64,000 bases of DNA, taken from the NCBI GenBank assembly GCA_041489255.1, contig JBGPQV010000009.1, forward strand, positions 31,896-95,895, written 5' to 3'. Positions 19,071-29,305 of the stretch are shown one piece after another. The translations under genes and the position numbers were made by a program. Source of the stretch: Thermoplasmata archaeon (GTDB taxonomy: Archaea; Thermoplasmatota; Thermoplasmata; RBG-16-68-12; JAFNFQ01). The notes under the pieces are model-generated. The model had not been told where the DNA came from. It ran no database searches and saw only the letters and a list, made by a program, of their open reading frames with translations. Each line of letters begins with the position of its first letter. Within the stretch, counting starts at the first letter, position 1.

Positions 19071-22000
19071 TCATGTCTTACCGCCGCCTTCATGCGTCGG
19101 CGATTCCACTTCCTTGTCCTCCTCTCCCGCCTTCTTGCGCACTTCTCCGTGCTTGACGCGTTTGAAGTACCAGTAGGATAGCAGGACCGCCGCGAGGATC
19201 AAGGGGACGGCAATCGCAAGGGCAACGAACGGGAGTGTCGGCTGTGCAGGCATCCGCGCGACCCAGGTCGCGGTCACGGTCTTGGGCGAGTCCATGGTCA
19301 ACGTAACGGCAAGATTCTTCCCGTCAGCGTCCCCTGTCCACCCGCCAAAGTCCCAGACTGTGCCGGAAGAATCGGTGAAGGTGGCGTCGACCGTCAGGGA
19401 AGCGATTGAACCATCGTTGTACCAATCTGTCCCGGAAGGCGTTTCACAATCGACGCTGCCGCCGCAATCCGATTTCACAACCAGCCTGAATTGCGTGGTC
19501 CAGCTGGCGGTGATAGTCAACGGTCCATCCACTCTTACGGTCGTCTGATTTACTGTGCCGCTCGCGTCGCCCGACCATCCAATGAATACGTAGTGCGTGC
19601 CAGTATCCACATTGACAACGTTGGAAAGAGAGACGGTGGCATCTGTCCCGCCATCGTACCAGCCCGCTCCAGTCGGCGAGCCGCAATCGGTCATGGAGGC
19701 GCAGTCTGAAATCACGATCACCAGGAACTGCGGTACCCATGAGGCCTCGACGGTCTTTGGCGCCGTCATCGTGAGCATTAGGGGGATTGTCATTCCCGAG
19801 GCGTCGACGGACCAGCCGGTGAACATCTGTCGAGTGCCCGTGCCGGTCACGACAGGATTCACCAGAGTCACGGTTGCGGTGGTTCCGCTGAGATACCAGC
19901 AATCCGCGTTCGAGCAGAGAGGGGTCCCGTACAGGGAAATCACGGTCAGATGGAAGGAGACATTCCAGCCAGCAATCGCAGTCTTCGGGGCGTCCATCAG
20001 GAGCGTTGCCGATGTGTCCGTCCCGCTCGCGTCCCCGGACCATTGCGCGAAGTCGTAGCGAGAGCCGCCACCGTCGAACCAAGGAGATGTGACCCGTGCC
20101 GTTGCGATCTCGCCGGAATCGTACCAGCAGTCGGCATGCTCGACGCAGCGAATATCTCCGATGACCAGCGGGGAGAGAGTGAGCTTGTACTGAATGATGT
20201 CGTAGTACGCGATGAAATCCTCTGGTGTATCGATGAGGACTTCATGGTGCGAAGAGGTGCTGCCGTCCGACCAGTGCGTGAAGGTGTATCTCACATAGCC
20301 GATATCGTAATCAAGGACGGTCAGGTTGAGCCAGTGCTTCGACTGGTTGGTCCACCAGAACTGACTCAGGCCGTTGTGAGGTGAGTCGTCCACGTCGTAG
20401 TCAATGCCTGTCGGACTCGTGTCGACGGTCACAAGGAAATCAAGGTAGCACACGGACGTCTCTGTGATGCTGCCAAGAATCGTGATCGTTCCGTTCGGGT
20501 CGGAGCCCGTGTAGTTCCCGGGTCCATCGCCGATCCACATCTCGAAGCGGTACCGCGTTCGCGGCGGGAGATTGGTCGACGAATTCCCCGCCAACTGCAC
20601 ATCCGTCCCCACATCGATCCAATCGGTGATCGGTGGATTGCCAGTGCATGTGTCCTGCAGAGTGAGCTTACACTGCCCGCTGTATATCGCGACGTAAGTG
20701 GCTGGACCAGTGACGGGGCCGATGGGTCTTACCAACCGCAGGTCTCCGTCCGACCATTGGATGAAGACGTATCTGCAGCCGCCAAAAGTCTGCGGCGTTA
20801 GGATAATCAGGATGGGAGAGGAGTCCTTGTCTACCCAGCAGTGCAACGGGGCGGGCATTTGGACGTCGCATCCAGGCATGTCGCTCCCCACCATCGGACC
20901 TGGGACGTTGGATGCTATCGTGATGAGGTATTGGGTGATGAATCTGGCCACGTATGTCTGAGACCCGTTGATTGTGACGTTCCATCCCCATGTGGTGGGT
21001 CCCCCGATCCAGCGATCAAACCTGTAGCGGGTGTCGACGGGGCTTGGCGGTTGCGGGGACAAGGTAAGCAGCATGCTCGTCGTCCCATTCCCTGCCCAGA
21101 ACGTGACGGGTGCAGGCGCAAAAGGCGAGGAGTTGTAGGCAACCAGCAACCCTTGTGGTTCCGTCGAGATTGTTATCATGTAGTCGATTCCGTAGAATGC
21201 CGTCAGGTTCACGCAATCATCAACGACATCGACGGTCCTCGCGGGCGTGGTCAGACCATCGGACCAATACAAGAAAATCAACCTCTCGCTTGGGGAAGGA
21301 CCTTGCTGAGGCGTTGTTGCAACGGCAGCATATGTGCCGGGTCGTTCGAGAGACACGTATGGCGTCACATGCTCCACGCCGTTCCAATCGATCGTGAGAC
21401 CAATGGGATCCGTGTCCCGCGTCACTCGGTAGTAGTCGAGGAACTGTGCTGTCATATCGTTCGGACCCATCACGAGCAGCGTCTTCGAGCTGTTCGTGTC
21501 GCCATCAGCCCATTGGTGGAAGGTGCACTGTCCGCAGGATCCTCGAGATTGTGAAAGCGGCGTCGCATTGACAGTTATGTTCGTGCCCTCTGGCCATTGC
21601 GCGATGTAAGGCGTCTGTATCGGTCCGATGCCCTCGATTTCCAGAGTGAGATTCGCGGCAGACCCGCCGCATGACGCGTTGATCCAGATTGTCCAGACCG
21701 CATCGGGTTTAGGCTCCCCGCTTTGGCCTTCATTTAGGTCAAGAGTCTCTCGATTACCGGCAGTGCTCGGTCCGTTCTGCTGCTTCAAGTCGCCCGGGGC
21801 GCCAACGTTCAGCTCAAGTTGCGAATCGTTCGGGACAGGGCCACCCTTCTCCTGAATCTGCGCTTCCGGCAGAACCATTGTGACACCGCCCGGTTCAGGT
21901 GCCATGGGGGATCCCATGTCCAACTGTTTTTCAGGCGGTGGAATCGTGGTGAGCCCGGACTGTTCCGGGCGGACTGCGTCCGCTCCCGTGTCCGGCCTGG

Positions 22001-22088
22001 CGCCGAGCACCGGAGCAAGACAGGAGAAGAGGGCCACAACGACAAGAAGCAGAGCGCTAGCTCTACAGAGTCTAAGCTCATGTAACAT
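19071..22088 (-). CDS. Membrane-anchored surface protein with tandem beta-rich (InlB B-repeat-like) domains
   Basis: Repeated FxxWSGDASG....MDxPKTxxAxW and FxxWSDG units, signal peptide, C-terminal TM, RBS GGAGGAGG. Confidence 0.8.
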   Translation of the reverse strand: MLHELRLCRASALLLVVVALFSCLAPVLGARPDTGADAVRPEQSGLTTIPPPEKQLDMGSPMAPEPGGVTMVLPEAQIQEKGGPVPNDSQLELNVGAPGDLKQQNGPSTAGNRETLDLNEGQSGEPKPDAVWTIWINASCGGSAANLTLEIEGIGPIQTPYIAQWPEGTNITVNATPLSQSRGSCGQCTFHQWADGDTNSSKTLLVMGPNDMTAQFLDYYRVTRDTDPIGLTIDWNGVEHVTPYVSLERPGTYAAVATTPQQGPSPSERLIFLYWSDGLTTPARTVDVVDDCVNLTAFYGIDYMITISTEPQGLLVAYNSSPFAPAPVTFWAGNGTTSMLLTLSPQPPSPVDTRYRFDRWIGGPTTWGWNVTINGSQTYVARFITQYLITIASNVPGPMVGSDMPGCDVQMPAPLHCWVDKDSSPILIILTPQTFGGCRYVFIQWSDGDLRLVRPIGPVTGPATYVAIYSGQCKLTLQDTCTGNPPITDWIDVGTDVQLAGNSSTNLPPRTRYRFEMWIGDGPGNYTGSDPNGTITILGSITETSVCYLDFLVTVDTSPTGIDYDVDDSPHNGLSQFWWTNQSKHWLNLTVLDYDIGYVRYTFTHWSDGSTSSHHEVLIDTPEDFIAYYDIIQYKLTLSPLVIGDIRCVEHADCWYDSGEIATARVTSPWFDGGGSRYDFAQWSGDASGTDTSATLLMDAPKTAIAGWNVSFHLTVISLYGTPLCSNADCWYLSGTTATVTLVNPVVTGTGTRQMFTGWSVDASGMTIPLMLTMTAPKTVEASWVPQFLVIVISDCASMTDCGSPTGAGWYDGGTDATVSLSNVVNVDTGTHYVFIGWSGDASGTVNQTTVRVDGPLTITASWTTQFRLVVKSDCGGSVDCETPSGTDWYNDGSIASLTVDATFTDSSGTVWDFGGWTGDADGKNLAVTLTMDSPKTVTATWVARMPAQPTLPFVALAIAVPLILAAVLLSYWYFKRVKHGEVRKKAGEEDKEVESPTHEGGGKT

Positions 22089-22303
22089 CGTCGTGCCTCC
22101 TCCAATCGAAGCCCTATCAGGGGCATCGAAACTCAAAGCGATATCCGACTATTTAATAACAGATGTCAAGGAGGTGCGATTGGATGCGGATGCCGATGAC
22201 GTGGGGGATTCCCGCCATTCTCGGAGCACCGTCGTTCTATCATGTCGCGATGTTACAACGACACCAATAGGCCTTTGAGCCGCCGCGCACTTTCTCCCTC
22301 CGC

Positions 22304-25189
22304 TTGAAACGACTGAAGGAACGGATTGAGCGTCAAGTGCAGGAGGGCTTTGCGGCCTTGGCGGAGAACGATGCGGAGGCGGCGGAGCGCCACTTCAGAA
22401 TCGCCGGTCACACGCTCGGCATCGCGCTCGCCTGCTACCACGGCCGGTTTTGGGAGCGGGCGACGAGCAAGGCCTTGGCGGCACTGGCCCAGGCCGGGCC
22501 GGGAACCGAGGATGAAGCGGTCGCCCTCAAGGTCCTCGCGATCGCCTCGAAGCAGTTGGGCGAGGAGAAAAAGGTCAAAGGCGCCGCGCAGCAACGGCGG
22601 GAGGCGCTTATCAAGCGCGCGGAGGAGCGGCTGGACGGGGTCGAATGGGGGCCGGTGCACGGCCTGATGCGCGAGCTGGCGAAGAAGCAGCCCGCCGTCT
22701 ACGGGGCCCTCGCCTCCGTCCGCATGGGGCGGAAAATGGTGAAAGCGGGTTTCCGGACAATAGTCGACTTCGTTCTTGCGGGAGATTACCACCGGGCGGC
22801 CTGTCTGGGCGACGACCTCACGCGCATAGAGGCGACGACCTGGGGGCTCGCGGCGGAGTTCTCCCTCTGCCCGGACTGCCTGGAGGAGTGGTTCGAGCCA
22901 GCTCCGGGGGAGCCGCCGAACGTGGCGCTGAACCGCTTGAGCGCGCTGACCGGGACGATACTCTTCGAGTTCACGTGGAAGAGTCCGGAGCACGCGCTGA
23001 TCCTCGGGATCTCGGCGCTTCACTTCGCCGAGTTCAGGGCCCGCCACGGGGAGGACGTCGCGAGGCTCGTCGAGCGCGCGCAGGTCTACTATGATGCGGC
23101 TGCGGCACCGCAGTCGCTCGCGCCCGAGGAGGCGGGGCGCTGGACCGCCTGCGTCGACTATCACAGGGGGCGCGTCCTCGAACTGGGGAAGAATGAGGCG
23201 GCCGCGCTGGCCCTCGTCGAGAAGGTCGCCGCGGGGCCGGCAGCCCCTTGGAACGATAGGGCGCGGGAGGTGGCCGAGAGGATCCGCCGCCGCCAGGCGT
23301 CGGAGGCGAAAAGGGCGCGCGTCTCGAGCTTGCGCGGGGAATGCGAGGCCGCGAGGAAGAGAAGCGACGACGAGGCGGAGCTCGCTGCCATGAAGGCCCT
23401 TTCATCGGAGATCGATCTGGAGCTCGGCCAGCTCGAGAGGCTCTCGCGACTCCGCGACGAGGATCACGATCCAGGCTGGACGGACACCGCGATAAGGGCC
23501 GCGGCGAAGGGATCGCACGACGAGAACCTGTCAAGGCGTCTCGGGGATGAGGCCGCCGTGCGGTGGTCGGAGGGGAAAGGGCGCGAAGCATTGAACCTCT
23601 TCATCCTGGCGCGTCGCATCGCTCCGCTGTCCCCCGACGTGATGTCGGCATGCGCGGCAGTGCTCGCCTCCTTCGGTCGCAACGCCGAGGCGGCGAAGGC
23701 GTACGCGGCGGTCGGACACAGGGAGCCCATACACTTCCTCGAGAGCGCGCGCTGCTTCATGGCGGCGGGCGAGGAGAAGCGTGCGGTCGCGGTGGTGCAG
23801 GCGCTGTTCGTCGCATCGGACGCGGTCAGCCTGTGGGAAGAGGGGCTGCGCCTTGTCGAGTCCCACACCACACCGCCGGCCCTGCGCCTCCTGGCCAGAC
23901 TGCTGCTGGACCGGCAACCTGAGAACGAATTCGCCCGCACCGCCCTTGCCCGTGCAGAGGCGGAGGCGTACCGCGCGGCGGTCGAGGAACGCGAGAGAGT
24001 ACGCGCAGTTGCGCGGGGGGCCGCGAAGGCGGGGGACTGGCCGAAGGTGAGGGATTCCCTGCAGAGCGTGCAGGAGAATGTGAGGGACGGCGAACTCTGG
24101 ACCCTGCTCGCGCGGGCTCACGAGAGCCTCGGCGAGGCAGAGGAGTCCCTGCGGTGCTATGAGGCGATGTCGCAGACCGCGGCCTCCGTGGCGGGTCGCG
24201 CACGCAGTCTGATCCGCCTGAGGAGGTTCGAGGATGCCCGCGAGACCCTGGAGCGTCTCCGTGCAAGATTGGAGCCCGAGGAGGAGCCGGAGCTGGGGAG
24301 CGACCCTGATGTCAAGGGGCTGTGGGCCGAAGTGAAGGGCGACCTGCAGCTTGCTGCGCGGCTGTATGTCGATGAGGCGATGCTCCGCTCTCTGATCATG
24401 AAAGCGCGCGAGCGGGAGGACGCACTGGCGGAACTGGAGGCGCTCTCGGTCATCGCCGCGCGCGATGAAGCGTGCGTCGGCGAGCTCATGGAGCGTGTGC
24501 GGGCCCTCGAGGGGCGTCTGCCTGTCCGCGCGAAGGCGCGTATCGTCCGAGATCGCATGCCTGCACTCATCCTGTGTGACACGAACGTGCTGCTGTCAAA
24601 GGTGCTCGAGGGCGTCCCCTTGCCGGACGTTCTGCAGGCGCTCCGCAGTCCGCGGGGTGTCGAGCGGTTCGAGGCGCTCAGATCGCAGAGAGGGAACGTT
24701 GCTCTCGCAGTCACGGATACCGTGGCGGGGGAGCTTAGGTCCGTGCTCAAGTACCAGATGGCGGTCCGGGAGGACGAGGAGTCGGAGAAGGCGCTCGAGG
24801 AGGTCATGCGGCGCGCGGAACAGCTCGTTTCGGAGTTGCACGTGGAGAAGGTCGCCGGCCTCTCGCCGAGGCCGCCGCCGGAGTACTCGGAGCGCGTGAG
24901 GTCGTTCTACAGGTCGATGGGTCCGCGCCTGCGCGCGATCACGCGGCGCAAGGTGAGCAGGCGGCCCGAGCGGTCGTCGGAGATCCTCGGCCGCCGGGGA
25001 GTGAGCAAGGACAAGCCGGGGCGCGCGCCGATGCCGGAGGCGGTGGACCAGCGGCTGCTCGCCGAGGCGGCGTCGCTCGTTGACGGACCGCTGCCCGGGT
25101 TCGGCGGCGTGGGCATCCTGTCCGACGACGCCGACTTCCGGAGTTTCGCGCGGGAGATCGAGACGACGTTCGGCGTGAGGATCCACTGA
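22304..25189 (+). CDS. TPR-like helical repeat protein with C-terminal PIN domain
   Basis: Ala-rich TPR-like helices (LWTLLARAHESLGEAEESLRCYE) and PIN acidic motifs CDTNVLL, TVAGEL, DQRLLAEA, ILSDDADF. Confidence 0.75.
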   Translation: MKRLKERIERQVQEGFAALAENDAEAAERHFRIAGHTLGIALACYHGRFWERATSKALAALAQAGPGTEDEAVALKVLAIASKQLGEEKKVKGAAQQRREALIKRAEERLDGVEWGPVHGLMRELAKKQPAVYGALASVRMGRKMVKAGFRTIVDFVLAGDYHRAACLGDDLTRIEATTWGLAAEFSLCPDCLEEWFEPAPGEPPNVALNRLSALTGTILFEFTWKSPEHALILGISALHFAEFRARHGEDVARLVERAQVYYDAAAAPQSLAPEEAGRWTACVDYHRGRVLELGKNEAAALALVEKVAAGPAAPWNDRAREVAERIRRRQASEAKRARVSSLRGECEAARKRSDDEAELAAMKALSSEIDLELGQLERLSRLRDEDHDPGWTDTAIRAAAKGSHDENLSRRLGDEAAVRWSEGKGREALNLFILARRIAPLSPDVMSACAAVLASFGRNAEAAKAYAAVGHREPIHFLESARCFMAAGEEKRAVAVVQALFVASDAVSLWEEGLRLVESHTTPPALRLLARLLLDRQPENEFARTALARAEAEAYRAAVEERERVRAVARGAAKAGDWPKVRDSLQSVQENVRDGELWTLLARAHESLGEAEESLRCYEAMSQTAASVAGRARSLIRLRRFEDARETLERLRARLEPEEEPELGSDPDVKGLWAEVKGDLQLAARLYVDEAMLRSLIMKAREREDALAELEALSVIAARDEACVGELMERVRALEGRLPVRAKARIVRDRMPALILCDTNVLLSKVLEGVPLPDVLQALRSPRGVERFEALRSQRGNVALAVTDTVAGELRSVLKYQMAVREDEESEKALEEVMRRAEQLVSELHVEKVAGLSPRPPPEYSERVRSFYRSMGPRLRAITRRKVSRRPERSSEILGRRGVSKDKPGRAPMPEAVDQRLLAEAASLVDGPLPGFGGVGILSDDADFRSFAREIETTFGVRIH

Positions 25190-25321
25190 AAGCTGCCGCG
25201 GTAGCGCGGTCTGAGCGTCCTTCATTGTCCCTACTTCAAGGAACCAGACAAGGCATATGCATCAAGATTCCGTCATCGCCGGAATCGCATGGTTTAACAT
25301 CCGCGGAGATTTACCTCGGTC

Positions 25322-26587
25322 GTGGCCGAGGTCTGGGTCAGCCTGCTCGTCGGCGGGACTCTCCTCCTCATCGGGTACGGCGCCTCCCTGATTTTCGACA
25401 GGTTCCGGATCCCCGACTTCATCGTGCTCATCTTCCTGGGGGTCCTCCTGGCGCAGATACCGGTCGATCCGTTCGGACCCGGCCTCGTGCCCTCCCTCAC
25501 CCCGATACTGCCCGTCTTCACGGCCCTGACGATAGCATTCATCATGTTCGAGGGCGGGCTCTCGCTCAACCTCAAGGGCTCGGGCAGGGGGATGCCGGGG
25601 GTCCTTGCCCACGTCGCGGTCTCGGTTTTCATCACGGTCGTCCTGATCTGGTTGATCGCGACGCGCCTCCTCGGCTTCGACGGTGTCACCGCGCTCGTCC
25701 TGGCGGGGGCGTTCTGCGGGCCTTCAGCTGCAGTCATCCTCAGCTTCGCGACGCGCCTCAAGCTCGGAAAGGAGGCAGAGAGGGCGGTCGTGCTCGACGC
25801 CGTGGTCACGAACGTCATCGCGGTGATTCTGGTGTTCTTCGCGATAAGGTCGGCGAGCGCCGCCCCTGCCACTTTCCTCCCTCAGTATGCGCTCGAGATT
25901 GCGCTCGCGACGATCGCGGCGGTCGCGGCCGGGATGCCCTGGAGGATGGCGATCAAGCGCTCGCCATCGCGGAAGTTCATGTACATCGCGACTGTCGCTT
26001 GGGCTCTAGTGATCTATGGCCTCGCCGATGGGCTGATCAACGGGAACGGCCCCGTCGCCGTGTTCGTCTTCGGACTCGTCCTCGCCTACCGCAAGCCGGA
26101 GGACGCTCCGGACCCGGAGGGGAAGGGCAGCCTCCAGGAGTTCCAGTCCGAGATCACCTTCGGCATGAGGACGTTCTTCTTCATCTACCTCGGCCTCGTG
26201 GTGACCGTCGACAGCGTGACCCCGGTGGCGCTCATGGGCGCGCTCCTCCTGACGCTGGTGTTCGTCGTCTCGAGGGTGCCGAGCTCGATCGCCCTTGGCA
26301 GGCTCTCCGGGTACAGCAAGAGGGAGACCAGGGTCCTCATCGCGTCGATGGCGCGCGGGATGACCGATGTGGTGCTAGTCCTCATCGCGATCGAGAGCGG
26401 AGTGGTTCCTGCGTCCTCGGTATCGTTGCTCGTCGGGCTGGTGACGGTGACGATCCTGGTTGCGGTGGCGGTGTGCGCGGGGCTGGTCGTCTGGGCGGAG
26501 AAGAGCCCCGAAGAGGGACAGGAACGAGAGATTCCACCAGTTCAGCCTGACGCGGATGTCCCCCTGCGATTCGATCCTCCTGCGTAG
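25322..26587 (+). CDS. Cation:proton antiporter (CPA1/NhaP-like)
   Basis: About 12 TM helices with IMFEGGLSL, SEITFGMRTFFFIYLG and MARG motifs. Confidence 0.85.
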   Translation: MAEVWVSLLVGGTLLLIGYGASLIFDRFRIPDFIVLIFLGVLLAQIPVDPFGPGLVPSLTPILPVFTALTIAFIMFEGGLSLNLKGSGRGMPGVLAHVAVSVFITVVLIWLIATRLLGFDGVTALVLAGAFCGPSAAVILSFATRLKLGKEAERAVVLDAVVTNVIAVILVFFAIRSASAAPATFLPQYALEIALATIAAVAAGMPWRMAIKRSPSRKFMYIATVAWALVIYGLADGLINGNGPVAVFVFGLVLAYRKPEDAPDPEGKGSLQEFQSEITFGMRTFFFIYLGLVVTVDSVTPVALMGALLLTLVFVVSRVPSSIALGRLSGYSKRETRVLIASMARGMTDVVLVLIAIESGVVPASSVSLLVGLVTVTILVAVAVCAGLVVWAEKSPEEGQEREIPPVQPDADVPLRFDPPA

Positions 26588-26611
26588 ACGAGGCGCCCAG
26601 CGCCTGCCATC

Positions 26612-27082
26612 CTACTTCAGGTTCATCCTGTAGAAGCTCCATTCAGTCTTTTCTGCTCCGTTCTTCTCGTAGAACTTCTGAGCTGACTTGTTCCAGTTAA
26701 GGACGGTGAACTCGATCCTCCCGCAGCCTTCCTTCCTCGCTCGCTTGACGCAGAAGTCGAACATGGCCTGGCCTATGCCCTGCCTCCGGTACTCCGCGAG
26801 CACGAAGATGTCCTCAAGGTAGAGGATTGGCAGGGCGCGGAAGCTCGAGTAGGTGAAGTACAGGATGATGTAGGCGACGTACCTGGAGCCGAGCCTGCCG
26901 AGGTATGCCTCGCATCTCGGGTTCTTAGAGAGCGAGTCTCGCCTCAGCCGCCTCTTTGCGGCTTTGTCAGGAGGCGTGAGCTTCTCGAACTTCGCGAGTC
27001 CCTCGATGAGAAGGAGGAGGTGATGGAAGTTGTTTTCCGTGACTCGTTCGAGGATGAGTCCACTGTCCGCACGCTTTCTCAT
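26612..27082 (-). CDS. GNAT N-acetyltransferase (SSAT-like)
   Basis: YLEDIFVLAEYRRQGIG and VLNWNKSAQKFYEK. Confidence 0.9.
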   Translation of the reverse strand: MRKRADSGLILERVTENNFHHLLLLIEGLAKFEKLTPPDKAAKRRLRRDSLSKNPRCEAYLGRLGSRYVAYIILYFTYSSFRALPILYLEDIFVLAEYRRQGIGQAMFDFCVKRARKEGCGRIEFTVLNWNKSAQKFYEKNGAEKTEWSFYRMNLK

Positions 27083-27143
27083 GGCGGTAGTGGGATGAGA
27101 TGTCGATTCAAATATCCTTCCACGGAAACGCTTCGAGTGGGAA

Positions 27144-28082
27144 TCAGCGGGCCGGCGTCTTCGACTGAACCGTTTTCGTATATTGCGCGAGCGCACGCTT
27201 GCTTGAATACCAGGTGCGGCCGATCTTGACGGCCTCGAGCATCCCCTGCCGCGCGCGCAGCGAGAGGTATTCCTGAGAATACGCGCTGCCCCGCACCAAC
27301 TGCCTCAAGGGGACGAGAGCCCGTTCCGCATCCACGGCGGATAGGAACACCGTCAGCCCCTCGTCGACAGCATGCAGTACGAAGCCCGAGAACGGTCCGT
27401 ACCGGCCCCGGTCCGCCTCATCGAGACCCTTGTAGTACCGCCGTCTGTCCTCCACCCGGAGGACGACAGGCGGGTATCCGGCGCCGATCAGCACCAGGTT
27501 GGCTGCAAGCCGCGCGGTCCTCCCGTTCCCGTCGAGGAACGGATGGATCATCGAGAGGCGGTGATGCAGGTAGACGCTGCGGAGGACCGGCTCTCGGATG
27601 GCGGGGAGCTCCTTGAACAGCTCGTCGAGCCGCGGGACGATCTTGGACGGAGGCGGCGGGACGTGCGCCGAACCGCCTATCCAGACCTGCTGCTGCCTGT
27701 ATTGCCATGGAGTCTCCAGCGTCCCTTTCGTGACCATTTCGTGGAGCTTCTTGAGGGGGGCGTGATCGAAATGCAGGCCAGGACGGCCACTCTTCCATAT
27801 CCAGTCGAAGGCCTCCGCGTTGTCCGTGGCTTCTAGATGCTCGCGGACGCTCCTCCCCCCGATCGTGATCCCCTGTTCGAGGATGAGGCGGGTCTCCTTG
27901 AGGCTGAGCGTGTTCCCCTCTATTGCGTTGCTGTTGTAGGTGTGGTACAGGCGAAGCTGCTGCCGCAATCGTTCCATTATGTCCCGGGGGAGGGGCCTGC
28001 GGGACCGCAGCTCCTTGAGGTTCGACTGGACCCGCCGCCATGTCACGGGAGGGAGGTCGGAGACGGATATCGGTATCGGCAT
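27144..28082 (-). CDS. Fic family protein with C-terminal HTH
   Basis: HPFLDGNGRTAR Fic motif, N-terminal SNAIEGN inhibitory helix, C-terminal YSQEYLSLRARQG..AVKIGRTW. Confidence 0.92.
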   Translation of the reverse strand: MPIPISVSDLPPVTWRRVQSNLKELRSRRPLPRDIMERLRQQLRLYHTYNSNAIEGNTLSLKETRLILEQGITIGGRSVREHLEATDNAEAFDWIWKSGRPGLHFDHAPLKKLHEMVTKGTLETPWQYRQQQVWIGGSAHVPPPPSKIVPRLDELFKELPAIREPVLRSVYLHHRLSMIHPFLDGNGRTARLAANLVLIGAGYPPVVLRVEDRRRYYKGLDEADRGRYGPFSGFVLHAVDEGLTVFLSAVDAERALVPLRQLVRGSAYSQEYLSLRARQGMLEAVKIGRTWYSSKRALAQYTKTVQSKTPAR

Positions 28083-28129
28083 GTTTCCGTGTTATCCGAT
28101 AGTCTTGCGGATATATATCGGTATCGGCA
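28067..28129. promoter_or_regulatory. 15-bp direct repeat over the Fic start codon and TATA region (putative operator)
   Basis: ATATCGGTATCGGCA at 28067-28081 and 28115-28129. Confidence 0.55.
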
Positions 28130-28227
28130 AGATTGACAGTAATCCGATATCTGTCTCTCCATGAAGGCGATTCCGGGACTTGACGCCCCTCGCACAAGCC
28201 CGGAAGATTCAGCGCATCCAAGTGTCC

Positions 28228-28896
28228 TCATCCAGCGGTGAACACGTCCCATCTCGAGACCTTCGCACCCGCCGACCTCAACTCCTCGATGAGGGCGGCG
28301 GCATCCGCGTCCGAGAGCATGAGGACAGAGGGGGAGACGACGGTCGCGCCGTACTTGTCCTTTAGCCCCTCGTACCTGTAGGTCGTCCGGCGCCCTCCGA
28401 CGTCCTTCGTCGAGACGGACCCGTGAACCTTGCGAGACACCTGCACCTTCTTGCCGGGCGGAAGGCCTGTGAGGTCGTAGGAGACGAGCACCCTCGGCCT
28501 CAACGCGAGGTGCTCGGGTGTGAGGACGAACTTGCCCTGGAGCACGACTCCCTCCAGGAACACATTCCTCAGGAAGCTCGGGTCGAGGTCCCTCAGGTCC
28601 GTGGGGATCGCGTTGATGTCCCTGTGGGGCCTGAGCGCTGTCACCATGCGCGCGATCTGCCGGTTGAGCGTCTGGGGAACCCTGCGGTCGACTATCACGA
28701 GGAGGTCGATGTCGGACCTGCGGTCGAATTCGCCGCGAGCGAGGGAGCCGAATAGCACTACCCCGCCAGCTCGGACGATTCCCTGAAGGCCGTCGAGGAA
28801 CCTCTCGATGAGCCGCCGGTCGTCGTCGGGGAGCTCAGTGAAGCTCGGCTTCGATGTCCCCGAGGATTGCCTTCGCTCTCTTGGCCGACTTTCCAT
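28228..28896 (-). CDS. Minimal nucleotidyltransferase (MNT) with extra C-terminal ferredoxin/Cas2-like domain
   Basis: LFGSLARGEFDRRSDIDLLV followed by VLVSYDL...YEGL...SVLM. Start uncertain because it overlaps the HEPN gene. Confidence 0.8.
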   Translation of the reverse strand: MESRPRERRQSSGTSKPSFTELPDDDRRLIERFLDGLQGIVRAGGVVLFGSLARGEFDRRSDIDLLVIVDRRVPQTLNRQIARMVTALRPHRDINAIPTDLRDLDPSFLRNVFLEGVVLQGKFVLTPEHLALRPRVLVSYDLTGLPPGKKVQVSRKVHGSVSTKDVGGRRTTYRYEGLKDKYGATVVSPSVLMLSDADAAALIEELRSAGAKVSRWDVFTAG

Positions 28897-29170
28897 CTCC
28901 TTTTCCTCCGTAGAATCGACCAGTCCGGAGAGCCTCGAGCTCCCTGAACAAGCTAGCTAGTTCCAGGAGTCCCAAATCGTCCAGGAACCTCGCAAGGCCT
29001 TTGTGGGTGTCGAGGTGGGCCTTCTTCCTGCGCTCCGCGATGCATGCGATCATGTGGAGCGCCGCGGCGTGGCACGTCTCTATGATCGTCTCGTAGTCTT
29101 GCTCGTCGCTGAGCTTTGCGAGGGTCGCCTTCAGGCGATGCGCCTTCTCCAGATGGTCGTTTACGTTCAT
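28835..29170 (-). CDS. HEPN-like domain protein (partner of MNT)
   Basis: 111-aa helical protein with HLEKA, CHAAALH, THKG and LRTGRFYG motifs, immediately upstream of the MNT gene. Confidence 0.65.
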   Translation of the reverse strand: MNVNDHLEKAHRLKATLAKLSDEQDYETIIETCHAAALHMIACIAERRKKAHLDTHKGLARFLDDLGLLELASLFRELEALRTGRFYGGKGDGKSAKRAKAILGDIEAELH

Positions 29171-29305
29171 TCTGTAACAGGTTAATGAAAGAGGCAGTAT
29201 TTGGCACTTTCTGTTAACGCGTCACAGAAGGACACCCATATGGGCCGGATAGCTAAGAATGGCGTTGGGCAATCTATATATGCGCGCAAGACCATACTGC
29301 TTGTA

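Noticed and set aside
25225-26550. 441-aa Arg-rich ORF and similar long alternative-frame ORFs in 5-25 kb
   Set aside because: These are shadow frames of GC-rich genes with no motifs
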